Positions 13,501 to 26,900 of a DNA stretch of 64,000 nucleotides are shown here, one piece after another. The DNA is from Klebsormidium nitens (Eukaryota; Plantae; Klebsormidiophyceae). The position numbers were made by a program, and so were the translations under genes. The stretch lies in assembly GCA_000708835.1 (NCBI GenBank), contig DF237193.1:1-64000 (forward strand). Reading direction: 5' to 3'. The notes under the pieces were generated by a model. The model was not told where the DNA came from. It did no database searches and was given only the letters and a program-made list of their open reading frames with translations. Positions within the stretch are counted from its first letter, which is position 1; each line of letters opens with the position of its first letter.

Positions 13501-15672
13501 CGGTTTTACCCAAATAGAATTCCTCATCTGTGGAAGCCATGTACATGCAATCAGAGCAGTTTCGTTGTCCAGCTCACCTAAGATCTCCCTGACTTTGGCA
13601 ATACTGTTGGTTACGCCCGTGGATGTCTCATTGTGCACCACGCACACCGCCTTGATTTTGTGCCCGTGGTCGGAAGCTAGCTTGGACTGCAGCAGAGGTG
13701 AGGAAGGCCACAATCAGCGCGAGCACCACTTACATATGTTGCATACTCGAGTGGTATGAGAGCTTTGTTGCCTTTCATCTCGTTTAGTTGGGAGCTTTGA
13801 CTGATGGCTGCGTAGTGCCGTCACTGAAGAGTGCATGAGTCTGTAACATCAGCTGAGGAATGGCTACAATGCACACTGTTATGAGCTGTTCGTCTCCATG
13901 CTAGATTACGACTTGGCGCTTCCTACAATTGGCTTCAAGTGACTACTGTTTCTGAAGACACGGTGCACCATGACGTCTTTTTATCTCCTCGGTTGCGCTG
14001 ATCCATGTATGGTATGACATTCCCACACTATCGGCCGTCCAATCCATCTTCCAATCCAGTGCTAAGAATTGTCCAGGTGTTCTCCTCCTACTCTTTTGCT
14101 TGTTTGACTCGACTGACCTTGTCCTCACAATGCCAGCTCACTCACTGATTTCATTCTTTTTCAATCTGGCCAATTCTTGGGCCGCCCCAATATTACTTTG
14201 CACACAGTTCATCCTCACTCTCCCTCTGCTTTGCGGTACACCCTTCTTCAACTCGTCGGAATGACTTGCTGACTAGCCGGGTTTGCCACTGAGGACGAAA
14301 GAGATACTGAGCTGGTCATCTTCTGATATAATCCTCATCTTTTAGGCAAATTCACCTTCATCCTACAATGCACAGAATAAAAGTAGACAAGAGGACGATG
14401 CCGTACCTGCAAAACGTCCAGGTTTGCGCCCGCGCCCCATTCGCTGTCGACAACATCAACGTCAAAGTTGAGCCGCTGCATTTGGTCAATCCACAGCAGG
14501 CTGAACTGGCCGACACGGAACGAGACAATTTTGTCACCGGGGGACAGCGTGTTGGTGAGAGCACTCTCCCACCCACCGGTCCCTGCACAATGAGAAGGGC
14601 ATGGGAAATAAAGACAAAATCAATCTTGGTATCAATCTGCTTCTAGTGTGTGTGCTTGGCGGACGAGACTGCTGTGAGTTAGGGGACTCTGCAAGAGACA
14701 CAAGAGAAGCTCATTGCACGTAGAGGCGTTGTCCGATCGAAAGAGGGCTGATTAGAGGTTCTTTAGAGTCACAGACCAGCCAACAGGCGGGAGAAGAATT
14801 TTTGCGAAGACTTCATACTGCTTCCTGCAATCCACTGTGCACCTGATCAAAATTCGGCTGATGCTTTCTTGGCTTCAGAGAAACCCTAAGAAGACCTGTA
14901 AGTCTGCTGAGATACTGCCTTTGTGTTTTTTTCATACGGAGGCGATGCGCGACCTACCTCAGTATAATGATTGTGAAGTTTGCTTCGGCTTCCTTGTAAT
15001 TTAGGACTATAAAGCTTGTCTTCACTGAGTCCTTGATCCAGGTCGGAATGTCGATCTGGAAAACTTAGAGCAGCTTCACTGCATCCGTATTCCTATCCCC
15101 ATAATCCTACTCAATACATTCTCAGTTACTGCATTTACAAATCTGTAATTCAACCGAAAAGCTGGCACAGACATCCCATACTGGGGCCCTATCAACTTCT
15201 CATGTTTTGAAAATGTTAAAACCTTTGCAAATATCAGTCTTTACTTGAGCTCAATCACTGCAGTCTTGGAAACCAAACCTACCAGCAAGAAACAGATGAC
15301 CGCAAAAGAAAAGTTCATGCTTCCGCAGAAGTTGGCATGTGGCATCTGTGGCCCTCATGACATCTTGCATAGCATCTTTTGCAGAATTTCTGAAGGAATG
15401 ATGTTCACATTCCTGGTAGATAGGTCTATCGTTCCTGCACAAAAGCATCGTATGCGCGCCCCACCTGTGGATGGGAAGATGAATGCGTGGCCCTTCTCGG
15501 TTGCAAACAGCTTCTTGACATCTTCTAGGCAGGTCTTGCTTAAGGTGGGGAATGCCGGGGACCGATGATCCTCATTGTTCCTCGCCATTGCCTGAATCAC
15601 CTTGTCCGGGATGTTTGTGGGGCCCGGCACAAACAGGTGGTTCCGCCCCGGGGCGGGGAAATAGTCCGCCAT
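10553..15672 (-). CDS. AGT1: Peroxisomal serine/alanine:glyoxylate aminotransferase (SGAT), class V PLP enzyme; exons 15672-15465, 14582-14407, 13686-13578, 13103-12950, 12364-12152, 11239-11029, 10690-10553; 402 aa
   Basis: Phase-consistent GT-AG model. Motifs PGRNHLFVPGPTNIP, VHNETSTGV, LLVDGVSSIG, PLP-lysine DVALTGSQKALSLPTG, WPYTPSIQLLYGL and FRIGHLG are present. The C-terminal SRL is a PTS1 signal. Confidence 0.97.
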
Positions 15673-16199
15673 AGCTAGTGCTAGACTCACAACAAAGTCT
15701 AATTAAGTTTCTACGTAAATGCAGAACGGAGAGATGAGATTTTGTTGTCAGCGCGTCTGGTTCTTAGAGCTTCTCTTGTGCTAATTCTTACAGACAATAC
15801 AAGTTTTCGCTCGCTTCTTGCTCAACGATGGCGCCCAGAAAGAGGAAGGTACGTATCGCCCCCAAAATGCATGCATCAATAGAGAGAATGAATGCCCACG
15901 AAATTGAACCCTAGAAAAGCTCTTGTGCTGAAATGGTGGTTTCGTAACCAAACTGCAACTTCCCAGGCTGCACGCAGGCTGCGAGCAGCACTGCAGCCGT
16001 CAGGGAAGAAGAGCTTCTGGCTGAGACGAAATCCGGGCGGATCACATGTGTCCGAGTGCCGCTCGTCGTCAGCCACTTGTCTTGCCACGTCGGAAGCCTA
16101 CGTCAAAACGTAACAGCTTTCGGACACTTTGACGTTACTCCCATCGTTCGTTTAGGTATTTGAATTTTGCTCGGGTGTCCAAGTTTCGAACCGGCCGGC

Positions 16200-16205
16200 C
16201 ACGTG
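16200..16205. promoter_or_regulatory. G-box (CACGTG) upstream of AGT1, in a GC-rich divergent promoter region
   Basis: The motif is visible as GGCCACGTGCC, with a further GCCACGT near 16084. A role in light regulation of a photorespiratory gene is inference only. Confidence 0.3.
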
Positions 16206-18208
16206 CCGGCACCCGGGCTTCCAGGCCACTCGGTAGTTTAATACCGGCCGTGTAGTGAGGCCACCATGTTAAAAGTTGGCCTGCAAAATTTACAGGCTAT
16301 GGAGCCGGTGGGTTCCTTCGGCACCGGCCGGAGTTTCTTCTCGGCCGGCCAGGTACCGGTCCATGTTCTCAGCTTGCCACCCGGGGCTTGAATGTAAATA
16401 ACCCTGGTTCGGACGTTCACATATTCGTCGCTGCTCAAAAGTACATCATTACGTCATCATGGAACGGATGCGAACGACGTATCCAAATCGACGGTTCCCT
16501 CGACACGGAGCCCCGGCGTCGGCCCATGCAGTGCAGGCCGACCGTCCTTGACGTCACTAGTACCCTGCGCGCGCGGATGAAGAAGGCGGCCGCGCGGCGC
16601 GCGGGCCGGTCTGCTCAGCCGCGTCAGGCTGGCCGGGCTTCGCCCGCGACGTTTCGCCTTCCAGGCTCTTCTGCTCGTACTTCCCTGAATTCTGAAACTT
16701 CCTTGAATGCAGAATCACAAATGAGGTTTTCACGAGCCCTGCATATGTTGCCAACAATGATCCCTGCTAAGCACGTCCGAAGCTTTGAAGGCTTCCTTAC
16801 ACGTGTCCGATGAACTCCACTCAGGTCACTAGGATTGTAAGACGAAAAGATTCTCAATTTTACATATTAGATGTTGCGCCTTCAACTGCAAGCGTTGCAT
16901 ATTACTCTAGCTTTCGTTTGCCTCGACGGTGCGAGGACGTGCGGACAATACATGTAGTAGTGTTAGCTCAACAGGCCGTGCTGCTTGCACATATTCCTTG
17001 CATTTCACGACACAGCTAATCTCGTTCGCCACAGCCTTCATAAGCGGAAAGGTCCCATCACAGCCGATTCTGCATAAACTTTGCTTTTCAGGTGTACCTA
17101 TCTAACGAAAGTATCCTCGGTGGTGCCCACTCGCCAGCCAACTGATCTCGAAGGCTTGAGCAGTCAAGAGGTCGAGGATGAGATTGGTCGAATCGAAGTG
17201 GCGAGTTCGATAGTGGCGCACTTTTGAAAAGCTCCTTTTGATTCAGGGAGCACGAAACGGATTCAAATCTTCTTAGAAGGAAACCAAATCACCTGACGGG
17301 CTCAGGGACATGCGTCTTAGACGGAGAAGTAGGATCCTGACCAGAAGTTCTCCATCCCTACAAGAAGGATACTGGAGTATGTCTGAATGCAAAAGAATCT
17401 ATTAGCCGGGGGAAAAAGGGTCGCCCACAATGAGAAGCCCGCCGTAAGGTTGTAGAAGACCAGCGATACTGGAGAAAAGGCAGCAGTCCAGCCACAGTCC
17501 TTGGATAGACAGGCGTTTGGATCATGGCAAAATCAGCGATCAAAGAGATTGCTAAGCTCTCCATGGAAAACCTGGTGAGAAGCCCGACCCACTTTGGCTG
17601 TGCGGACCAATGTGCAAGTTATATCATCTCAATGTGCAAGCAAGAACGACCAAGAGCTTGTTTTAACCCAATGCCGTCAACTCCGAAGCTAAAAAGTGCT
17701 GTCAATGAAAAAGCAGTCACGACATCCAGCTTAGGCTGCTTACATAGACAGTAGCTTACCACTTTTGCTGTGCAGCCCCTTTGGCTCGTACTGATTCTTG
17801 CATTGCTTTTCTTAGCGCACATGCTCTCAGAATTCTGGTCATAATGCTGCTGCCAGAACCGCATGCAGGTTGCTGCTTCTCTAGCCAGAGTCTTTTCAGT
17901 CCACCCTCATATTGCCCTTGATGATCCCTTGTCTCATTGCACGACGCTCCCTTTCTAAGCCAAAACAAGCAGGGACGTTCCGCGAAAATCCCTTCCATCT
18001 CTTCCAATGTGCTCGCGCTGGTGGTCCATTGACTAGCTGCTTCAAGCTCATTTGTTCAGAAGGCATCGAGAGCGCAGGCGCTTGACAGCTCTTCGCTTCG
18101 ACAGAGCTTTGTTTGAAACCACACCACACGTTTTGGATTGGTCGACCTTTCAGAGACTGCCCTCCTGTCAGACTCTTTAGTCTCAAGCGCAATGCCGCGT
18201 GTTTACAG

Positions 18209-21200
18209 GAGACCCTCTGGGCGCACCCTGACAAGAGCGGGATTCTAATGAAGCGGGGCGGTGACATCCAAACCTGGAAGCGGCGGTACTTTGTTGTCAA
18301 GGACACGTTTCTCTTCTACTTCAAGAGTCGTCAGGTGGGCTGCGTTTTGAAAATTACGAGCTCGATTATCTTATGCAGACTGTCTGGATAGATTCGTCAT
18401 CAAGGATCTTATGCTCCAGCTTCTGCCCTTTATAGTGACGAAAGTGAGTCGCAAGCCTGAAATATTTCTGATAAAAGCTCGATGAGTATCGCGAGCTCGA
18501 AACCTGGACGTGAGATTCCTGGGACTGGAGTTGTAACACCGCTCAGAACAGCATCTCGAAGCAGTCAGCAAAGATGGTTAGATACGAGCAAATAGTTGCT
18601 TACAAGTTTTGGCCCCACGGGTAACTAAGTGTCCTCACACTAGTCCAGGAGGGAGCTGCGGTTGGACAACGATGTTTGCCGTTTCCACTCGTCCCGTCGA
18701 AAGATGCAAAATCTTGGCGAACAATCTCTTGGCACCCAGCTGCCAGCAAAATACGAAGTGCCTTCCCCACCATGAAGTCGACGATAGCAATCCTAGCTTC
18801 GCAGTGTTTTGAAGCATACGAATTTTCAAGCCCCTTCGTTTGAAAACACGTTTGCCAGTGTCTCAGCGTCGTTCGCCATCATTCAGGATTTCATCAAACC
18901 GTTCGCTTCCTCTCGTCTGCTGTCAGTAAGCTCGTCTCCATCTTTCGCGCAGGATCTGAGCGCTCCCGCCGGGGTCGTCCCAATCCAGAACTGCCACGTG
19001 GAAGCGGCTGACAGCCGGAACGCTCCCACGGACTGGGTGTTTCGGGTGACACTCACTAACAACGAGAAGCTGGGGGAAGTGAAACGGAAAGAGTATTTTC
19101 TGGCCGCCACAGACTCTGACGATCTCTCGAAGTGGATAGGTGGGGGCCGATCCTAGTCGCCCATCTCACGTTCCCACATGTGGGCGGTTGGTTTTCTTTC
19201 TGTACGGGGGCAGAACTTGAGAACGCCTTAATTGCAGCTTCAGATTGACTGATCTCCAAAATTGTACGACGATCGCTATGAAGATTGGCAGAAAGAGAGA
19301 CCGTTGTTTGAACCTTCTTCGCGAATTGCCAAACATGCTCTTGCTTGCTACTTGCATTGCTAAGGATTCTTGATAGAAGCGTCTACCGGCTGATTCCACG
19401 CCCATCCGCCGAGCTGTCCTTTCTTTGACTGCCCGCATCCGACGACATGCTTCATATACTTTTCGTGAAGCCGAGGCTACGAAAGAATCTTTCAGAATTT
19501 GGGCCTTAACCTCATTCTCTCCGCGTCCAGATGCGGTGCGGTGCGCCTCCGACAGCAAGGGCCACTTACGTCAGCAGGTCGACCAGGCCCGTGAGGAAGT
19601 GCGGAATCTCGAGCAGCGATGGCTGGCGGCCTCCGCCGCGGACGCGGGCATGCCCATCGTAAGTCGTGTCTCCGCTCTCGTTCTCCGCAATGTTGCTGTT
19701 GGACAGTTTCTTTGCTCGTGTTGCCCTCCGAGCTTCGTCTTTCGAATTGCATCTCCATTTCTTCAGGGATTCGATACATGAATGTCAGCGTCGATATTGA
19801 TTGAATGTGAATGACATTCATAAGCGGATTGAAGCTGCAACTTCGTCTCGCATCTTTGAAGTTCTTTAAACCCTGCGTTTGGCGCATCCAGGGAGCGTGG
19901 AGGGGCGGATGCTTGCAGCTACGGATATGAATTTAGACTTTCCGCCAGAGCGTCACCGTTGTAAAGAGGGATGTGTCAGCATGCAACGGTGAAATCGCCG
20001 CTATCACCTCTTGTGAGCCCCTCCTCCCGCGCAGGCGAGGATGAGTCCCGCGCAGTTTTTTCCGCCCTGGTACTGGGTCTAAAGACCCGGTTCTCAACGC
20101 ACTCGAGAAGTGTCGGTACATCGATCTCCCCATTTACGAATAGCTTTACATTTTAGACCATCCGAGGCGCCATTTGCCTGAGTTGGCGGCCCTTCCGCGC
20201 AGGCGAGCATGAGCCCCGCGCAGGCGGGCCAGGACGACGCGGTCGTGGTCGCCGCGTTGACTGAGGAGCTGCGCAGCGCGCAGCTGTTGCTCGAGGCCGC
20301 GCAAAGGAAGCTCGCGGCCGCGAACGCGCGCAGCGAGCAGCACCTGCGGCAGATCCAGCAGGTCGAAGCCATGACCGCGGAGTGAGCTCACACATCGACT
20401 TAGAATAATGGATGGAATCCAAGGATCAGTTATCATTAGATACTGGCTGTGAGCTCGTCCATATTTTGTTTCGAGAAAGGATAACGCCTGGTTCTCTTTT
20501 CCTTCTCGAAAGATTCGTAGGGCCCTGTCTACTGCTGAGTTTTGCGTACAAAATAAAATCGTGCATCGACGACGAGGATCCCCGGAGACTGGATGCACTA
20601 AAACTAACTGTTTTGATAAAGTCTGCATTTGCTTCAGCAGGAGACGAGGTTTTCCCAGACGGTCGACATAGGGCACTTAAAAGTTCGTCAAATCCATTTG
20701 AAACTTCATAACGGGTCAACTCTTCGAATGACTCTCACATCCGTAAGGAACGAACACCGGGGTATATACAGTGCGGACAGATCAAGAAACATGGAAAGGT
20801 ACTGACTCCGCCCGCTTCTCCCCTTTCCTTAAGGATGGAGCAGCGCATCATGAGCTTGGCGGACCAGATGGTGGCCATGCCCCACATCCAAACAGGTGCC
20901 CATCGCCAAAGCACTTTATCGTTTGCTTACATAAGCACTTTGACTCTTACGATTATGGACAAATGTATCAAACGTTTGCTTGAAACTCTGACGAAGATAA
21001 CCGCGCTTTCAGAATCCAAAGACGTGCTCGTAGACAATATCTAGAAATGTGTCAGATGAAGGGTGATCTGTGATGGGCCATGATACGATATAGCTCGCAT
21101 ATGCGCAGATCTGGGGTCTTGCGATGAGTGTATGGACTGGTTGGTGCCCGCTCGAACGTTCCTCAAGTCGCTGCAAGCACAGGTAAGCCAGAGCGTGATA

Positions 21201-22165
21201 AGTTCTGTCCCTGAACAGCGAGATGGACATCGATCCCTAGAGATATCAGCGAATTTGGTGACAGAGCCACTTTCGTTTGTTACCCGGATTCATTGTCTTG
21301 GCTAGGCATGCAGAGATCTAGTTTTTGCGCCGATAATCCAACTTTTGGTCCTTCTGTTCGAGTTCCTCAAAATTCGTCTAAGCGACGGAAGACGGAGGAA
21401 TCTTAGCTGACTGAAAGCAGATCAGAACCCGGACTTGGCTTACTTCATGTTGCCCATCATCACGGCGCCGGCTGAACATCGGATGGCATGGTGGAGTCAA
21501 CGGGCGAACCTCCCGTTCGTGAGTGAACTTAAGGCTAGCTGTCGAAACGCCCGCAGAGAACAATGAACCCGCAACAGTCCCTCTTCTTGTGCGCCCTACT
21601 TTGTAGGCTGATGCTCTTTCAGGCGGCGAAAGCACGGGCGGTGAGGGCGTTCCGCTACCAAGCGAAGCGGAGGCGATCCTTCGAGCGACGATTAGCAAGC
21701 TTTCGACGCTCGAGGTAATGAATGAGGCGCTCGAGCCGCGCCCCGTTGCCTTGGTTTCCTGCTGACACTAGTCTTCGTTTCCCGCCGTTTCGAAAGGCCG
21801 GCTCATCAAAGACGAGCTCCAGAGGCGGTCTTCGAAGACTTACTCATGTTTCTGATTGTCTGCTGCCTTAACCGCGTACTTTCAGTATGTAAATCCAACT
21901 CCAGAGTTCCAACTTTAAGCGTCTCTCGCTATCGTTGCTCCAAAAAACAGTAAAGAAGCTTCAAGTACGCAGAAGAGAGAGAACATGTTGACTCCGAGAA
22001 TGCACGTTACGCCGCCTCTACTACCGAGATTTCACTCTCGTTTTTACGTGTCTGTTGCAGTATCAGGCGGCCGGGACAGCGAGCCTACCGGACGAGGCCC
22101 GCATAGCTATGCTGTTGCAGACGATAGGCTTATATGAGACTATGCTTCTGAGTGCCGTTATGTGA
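18209..22165 (+). CDS. PH-domain plus coiled-coil protein, 5' exon(s) unresolved; exons 18209-18334, 18953-19139, 19531-19658, 20203-20381, 20834-20895, 21109-21182, 21607-21714, 22061-22165
   Basis: Eight phase-consistent exons (969 nt to TGA). PH signature KSGILMKRGGDIQTWKRRYFVVKDTFLFYFKS...GVVPIQNCHV...EYFLAATDSDDLSKWI is followed by heptad-rich segments. Confidence 0.8.
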
Positions 22166-23962
22166 ATGTCTCTTGAGGGGTGAACGGCTTAAAATGCAGC
22201 AGCTGTCGCGGATAACGTAGTGACCTGGAGTAGAGACAGTTTTGAACACGTTCAGCCGCTTTTTTTTGTACATTCTCTAGTTAGTCAACACCTGATTCAC
22301 TTGCACACTTGAGACTTCTGAAGACACATAAACGGACTCGCCAATGCAAGCATGACTCGGAGAACGCCGTGGGGTCCAGGGGTGTTAGAGGTCAACACTT
22401 CGCCACAAAGCCACCATTATGGGACAGCAAACGGAGCTTTCAAGAGACTGTCATTTTTGTCAAACTCTCTTCAGCATCGTGACAGCTTTGCACCATTCTT
22501 AATCTGCTCCTAATCGGCAATCATGAATTGGAAATTTTCTTCTTAGGCATGGAGGAACTTGGTTTCTCCTTCAACAGCTCGCCCGTTGCCAACGTCCTCT
22601 TTAGGGCACATCAATATCATGTGGAGTCTAGCAAGTTGCCCCCATTACCCGGCTGCTTCGAAGAGGTTTGACGGACAGCTACCTGTGGTCTCTTTCTACG
22701 AATGGAGTGACTTTCTGTTGGTTGTTCCAACAAGCACCAAGAAGGCAAAGCTTGCACATGTGTTGCCATGAGCTCACAGTAGTTAGCCTTTAATTGCAAG
22801 CAAAGGGAATTGATTCTGTTGATTTGCCAACCTTGCGGATGTTGCGAGTCAGCCTTACTTGAGGAAGCCGTTGTGTAGCCTATTTGGACTTGGGAGCGGC
22901 ATAACACGAGTCAAACACTTTGCGAGGAGCCCTGTAAAATGATGAGCTTACACGTATACTCCATGGTCTGCAGTCATATATAGGGACGTGAACCTGCAGT
23001 ACGGCACACCTGCACAATGTTATGGCTGAAGATAGGAGCTCCTGATTGTATTACGTCTAATTGAAGAAAGTCCGCTGCAATGAAAATGATCAGCATCTCA
23101 TCAGCATGGGTGAAAAGATGAAAAGCAAGTTACCGCGGTAGTTCAACCTTCGTAACCTTCGCGAACCACCGTCTGACTCTCAGAAACTCATACGAGTGCA
23201 CTTCGGCAGATTCCGGTCTGACGGATACGTTCTTCCGGTCCGGAATCTCCGGTCGGCCATACTATACGGAACCGGCTCGGGCAGACTGCACTCCGTTGTG
23301 TAAACGTTCCGCTCCGTCTCAAAGGAGCGGAACCTCAGGCTGTGGTCCTTCAAGTTGGAGGTGCTTCGTTGCAGGGGCGCCCCCAAACACCATGCAGTGT
23401 TCTTTCGCCAAAAGAGGGAGTTCAGCTGAGTACAGCACGATGAGCCAATGGGGCAGCCAATTTTCATAGCCGCAAGTCGAGATGCACAAGAAAATGGTTG
23501 AATGCAGAAGAGGGTTTTTTGTCTCATCGATGTCATTCAAGGGCTTCGGAATGATGCAGGCGTGAGGCAATAGGAAGTGAGTTTGGCGCTGTCTTCAGCA
23601 TCTCAACTTTGATTCAAAGCAGTATCTTGCCTTAGCATTCAAGTGTGTCTTATTTCGACAAGAGTATCGCAACCACCACTTGGCACCAGAACTGTCAATA
23701 AAAGCAGGACAAATGATGTTTACTCAAGCACCCTCTTGTGGCGGTCTTCCTTGATGCTTATGGAGGGGTTGATTGTCAATGGTTTGATTTGAGGCCAATG
23801 TTGACCCCTTCTTGCACAATCAAAAGAATGTTTAAGTCCTTGATGGACGCTTCTTCAATTGTCAGTCTACAAATTCGATTTAGAAGGGCGCACGAAAGTC
23901 CCTTATCTGCAACCTCATCTTGACTTATTGTTTGTTGCAGGTGACATGTTGCAACTGCAACC

Positions 23963-26900
23963 ATGGAGCCACTCATCAGCGCCTTGCAATCAGTTGACCT
24001 TGATCTGAAGGATCCCCAAATTCGCTCAGCTATTTGTACTTTGACAACTCGCTTGGACGCGCAGTGCAACCTCTCAGCAGAACAAGACGGGTTCCTTGCT
24101 ACCCTGACGCATGCTGTCATCTGCAAAACTGCAACCAGCCCTGGAGGTCAGTATCGACTCTAAGTAGCTAGTGTGACCTGCGTTTGAAAAAGTGGCCTGG
24201 CATTCAATCCAAGTCGTTTTCGAAAGTGCCTCAACACAGCGGGTGTTCAATAATTCATGCGGACACCACACCTTGCCCTATTCCCCTGTCTTTTTTGATC
24301 TCAAAGGAACTAGATAAATTCTCACTACAAAATATTCTGCTACACAGGGGAGCCTCTGTCCAGGGCTCTACATGCGTCGGCAGTGGCCTTCGCACTCACA
24401 TCCTTGGAGAAGAAAGTGAAGGCAGACACTTTCGCAGCAGAGACCAGCGCGCCGGTCAGTACCTGTTCCTTCCTCAAGAGCTTGTTCTGACACTCAGAAT
24501 CTGGCTTGCTCGATTACAGTTCTTGACCATACAACTAACCAGACTCCTTACCCACTTTGTCAAGCTGATGGAGTATAGCACCAAGAGTTGTTTACCTGCG
24601 GTCTTCAAAACGTGGACCGCAGGCACAAAATCCTCTTTGATGTTCCTTCCGCACTGCCAAGTTTGGCTCTGCAGTCTTAGCTTTTCTCCAACAGTAACAA
24701 TAGTCCTTTGGAAAGGCCTGCTGATCAACCAACAATTCTGCAGAATCCATTGGCCCTTCTAGAGCTCCTGGAGGCTGCAACCGTCAAAGAAAAGGCAGAG
24801 GCGCAGAGGGCTGATGCTCAGGCAGCAGCCTCTAAGTATGCAGAAGAGCAGCCGCTCTTTGGTGGAGAAAGCAGGGACAACAGCACTCCAGGTAAGGCCA
24901 AACCTTGAATCATTGGACATTGTCTGGGGCATAGAAGGCTTGCAGGCTGTCCCAGCTATGGTGGCCTGTCCTGACCAGTCTGTAGCTTCCTTGATGCAGA
25001 CAGCAGGTGTACCTTTGTTGAGGACAGCTCTGTTTGATCTCAAATCTAGTGAAAGATTTCGGCCAATCTGTGCACTTCTGACTTGGTGAAACCTTTGTTT
25101 CTGTTCAGTTCCTGCCCCATTAGGCGACGCAAGGGACCCAAGCCTGGCATCTGCGCTCCGTTGGGCAGTCCAGCTAGAAAATGGTCACAGCCAGGGCCTC
25201 AGGCCCCAGAACGAGACGTGGCTTCCATTGGCCAAAGACCTTCCCTCTGCCACTTTGCACCACGCAATCCTCCACACCCGGCTAGTGCAGCGCATCCTTG
25301 CCATCTGCGACGCCCTCTTGCAGCCTCTAGCCACTTCCGCCCCCACAAATAGGCCTAGAACATGGCACGCGGTGCGCAGGCACCTCTCGCTCGCCTCCCA
25401 GCTCATGCTCTACTTGGAGGAGATTCTGCTCCTTCAGGCGCCCGTCCACATCGCCACAGAGGTAGAGTCATGGCTGGTCCTCATAGCCTCTCAGATCGGG
25501 GCAGTGTACAGATCGATGCTCGAAAGCCTCCAAAACCCGGAACCTGTGGTTGACGGCAACGGGGAAGAGGGTCCGAGCGAGCTTCTCCTGGTCAACGAGC
25601 TTCTTGGAGTAGCCGAGACTGCGCGAGTGAGCCCGGTTGTGCTCGTGAACCTTAAGATGCTGCTTGCCGCCACCCTCATCGACACGACTGGGCGGCTGGA
25701 GATGCCGGACTTGGAAACCTTGCTTGAGCCCGGCAGTGCGTTCTCAGATGCGCACGAGAGTCTTCCGCACAGTGGGGAAGAGCATGCAAGTCCCGGGGGA
25801 AGCTCTCCAGACCTGGGGCCATCGGTGGTGTCCCTTGCGGTCCAGCTCATTCAGGAAGTGGACGAAGAGCTGGCCCCTTCCGACCCTCAGTCCGGAGTGG
25901 AGCCAGAAACCGGGCAGGCGTCGGACACTTTGGCGAGCCTAGTGTCCAGTTTCGAGCCGAGACGCTTGATTAGGCTGCCGCGGTCTGAGCCGTTCCTGGG
26001 GGCTTTTGAGTGGAGGAGGAAGCACAGCAGGGAGTCTCTTCTGGGGCTCATCCTGCCCCCTGCTGGCAAATGGCTGGACAGGCTTGTGGCGATGCTTTTG
26101 GTGAATCCAGATCAAGAAGGGTACGGACCGGAAGAGCGGTCCGAGGTCAACGTGGGGCTTCCGGACGACGGCGGGGCGGCCTTCTCAAGGAGCCAAAGCA
26201 CAAAGTCGGGTACGCATGGCTTTCTGGCTGCCAAAAAACTCTGTGCATGGAAGCTGAGTCTTGCTGAAGGTGATGCGAGGACAAGCTAGGAGTCGATGTC
26301 AGTTCGCCTGGTCCCTGCGTTTCTCGTGCTGAGAGCAGTGAGGCTGTTTGCTATTAATGAACGTGGCCAAAGGATTGCCAACAGCGGTAGAATCATGCAG
26401 ACAATCAAATCTGGTCACTCGGAAAGGATGTCGGATGTGAGTTGAAACGATGTGCTTGGATTCTAAAAGAAGCTCTTCATTGACCTGATCCACAGTCGGT
26501 TTCGCAGTTCACCAGGTTGATTGTCAGCAATCTGGCAAATGCCGTCCAACTCACCTTGTCTGTATGCATGGCATGTACTATGAAATTCAGACCTTGCAGA
26601 TTCTCAAAGTAGGAGTTTGTTTCAAGTGGCCGTACCTTCTGTAAAGCCATCTTTCTTTTAAGCCAGGGCAGAAACTAAGATCAACCGCTCTGGTTCTTTG
26701 TGGCAGCTCCTCCTCCGAAAGAAGACAACCTCTTCGGCGACCTCTTCCAAGAGGCGATGGGCAGCCGGGGGGTGAGTGAGGCCTCACACCGAGAGCTACC
26801 CGTGGACCTTCACCCCCCCGCCAAGGAAGTCAGCCACGGGGGATGGGCAGAAGCGGCCATCCAAGTCGCGCAGTTCCTGGGAGGCTGCGCTTTCGACAGC

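Noticed and set aside
16170-16390. CCGGCCGG-rich stretch with a short imperfect inverted repeat
   Set aside because: The arms are only ~12 bp of self-complementary GC sequence with no TSD, which is insufficient to call an element.
23180-23300. Possible minus-strand gene start (MADRRFRTG...) and a TCCGG-rich stretch
   Set aside because: No downstream exons could be joined; more simply read as the promoter or 5' UTR of BIG.
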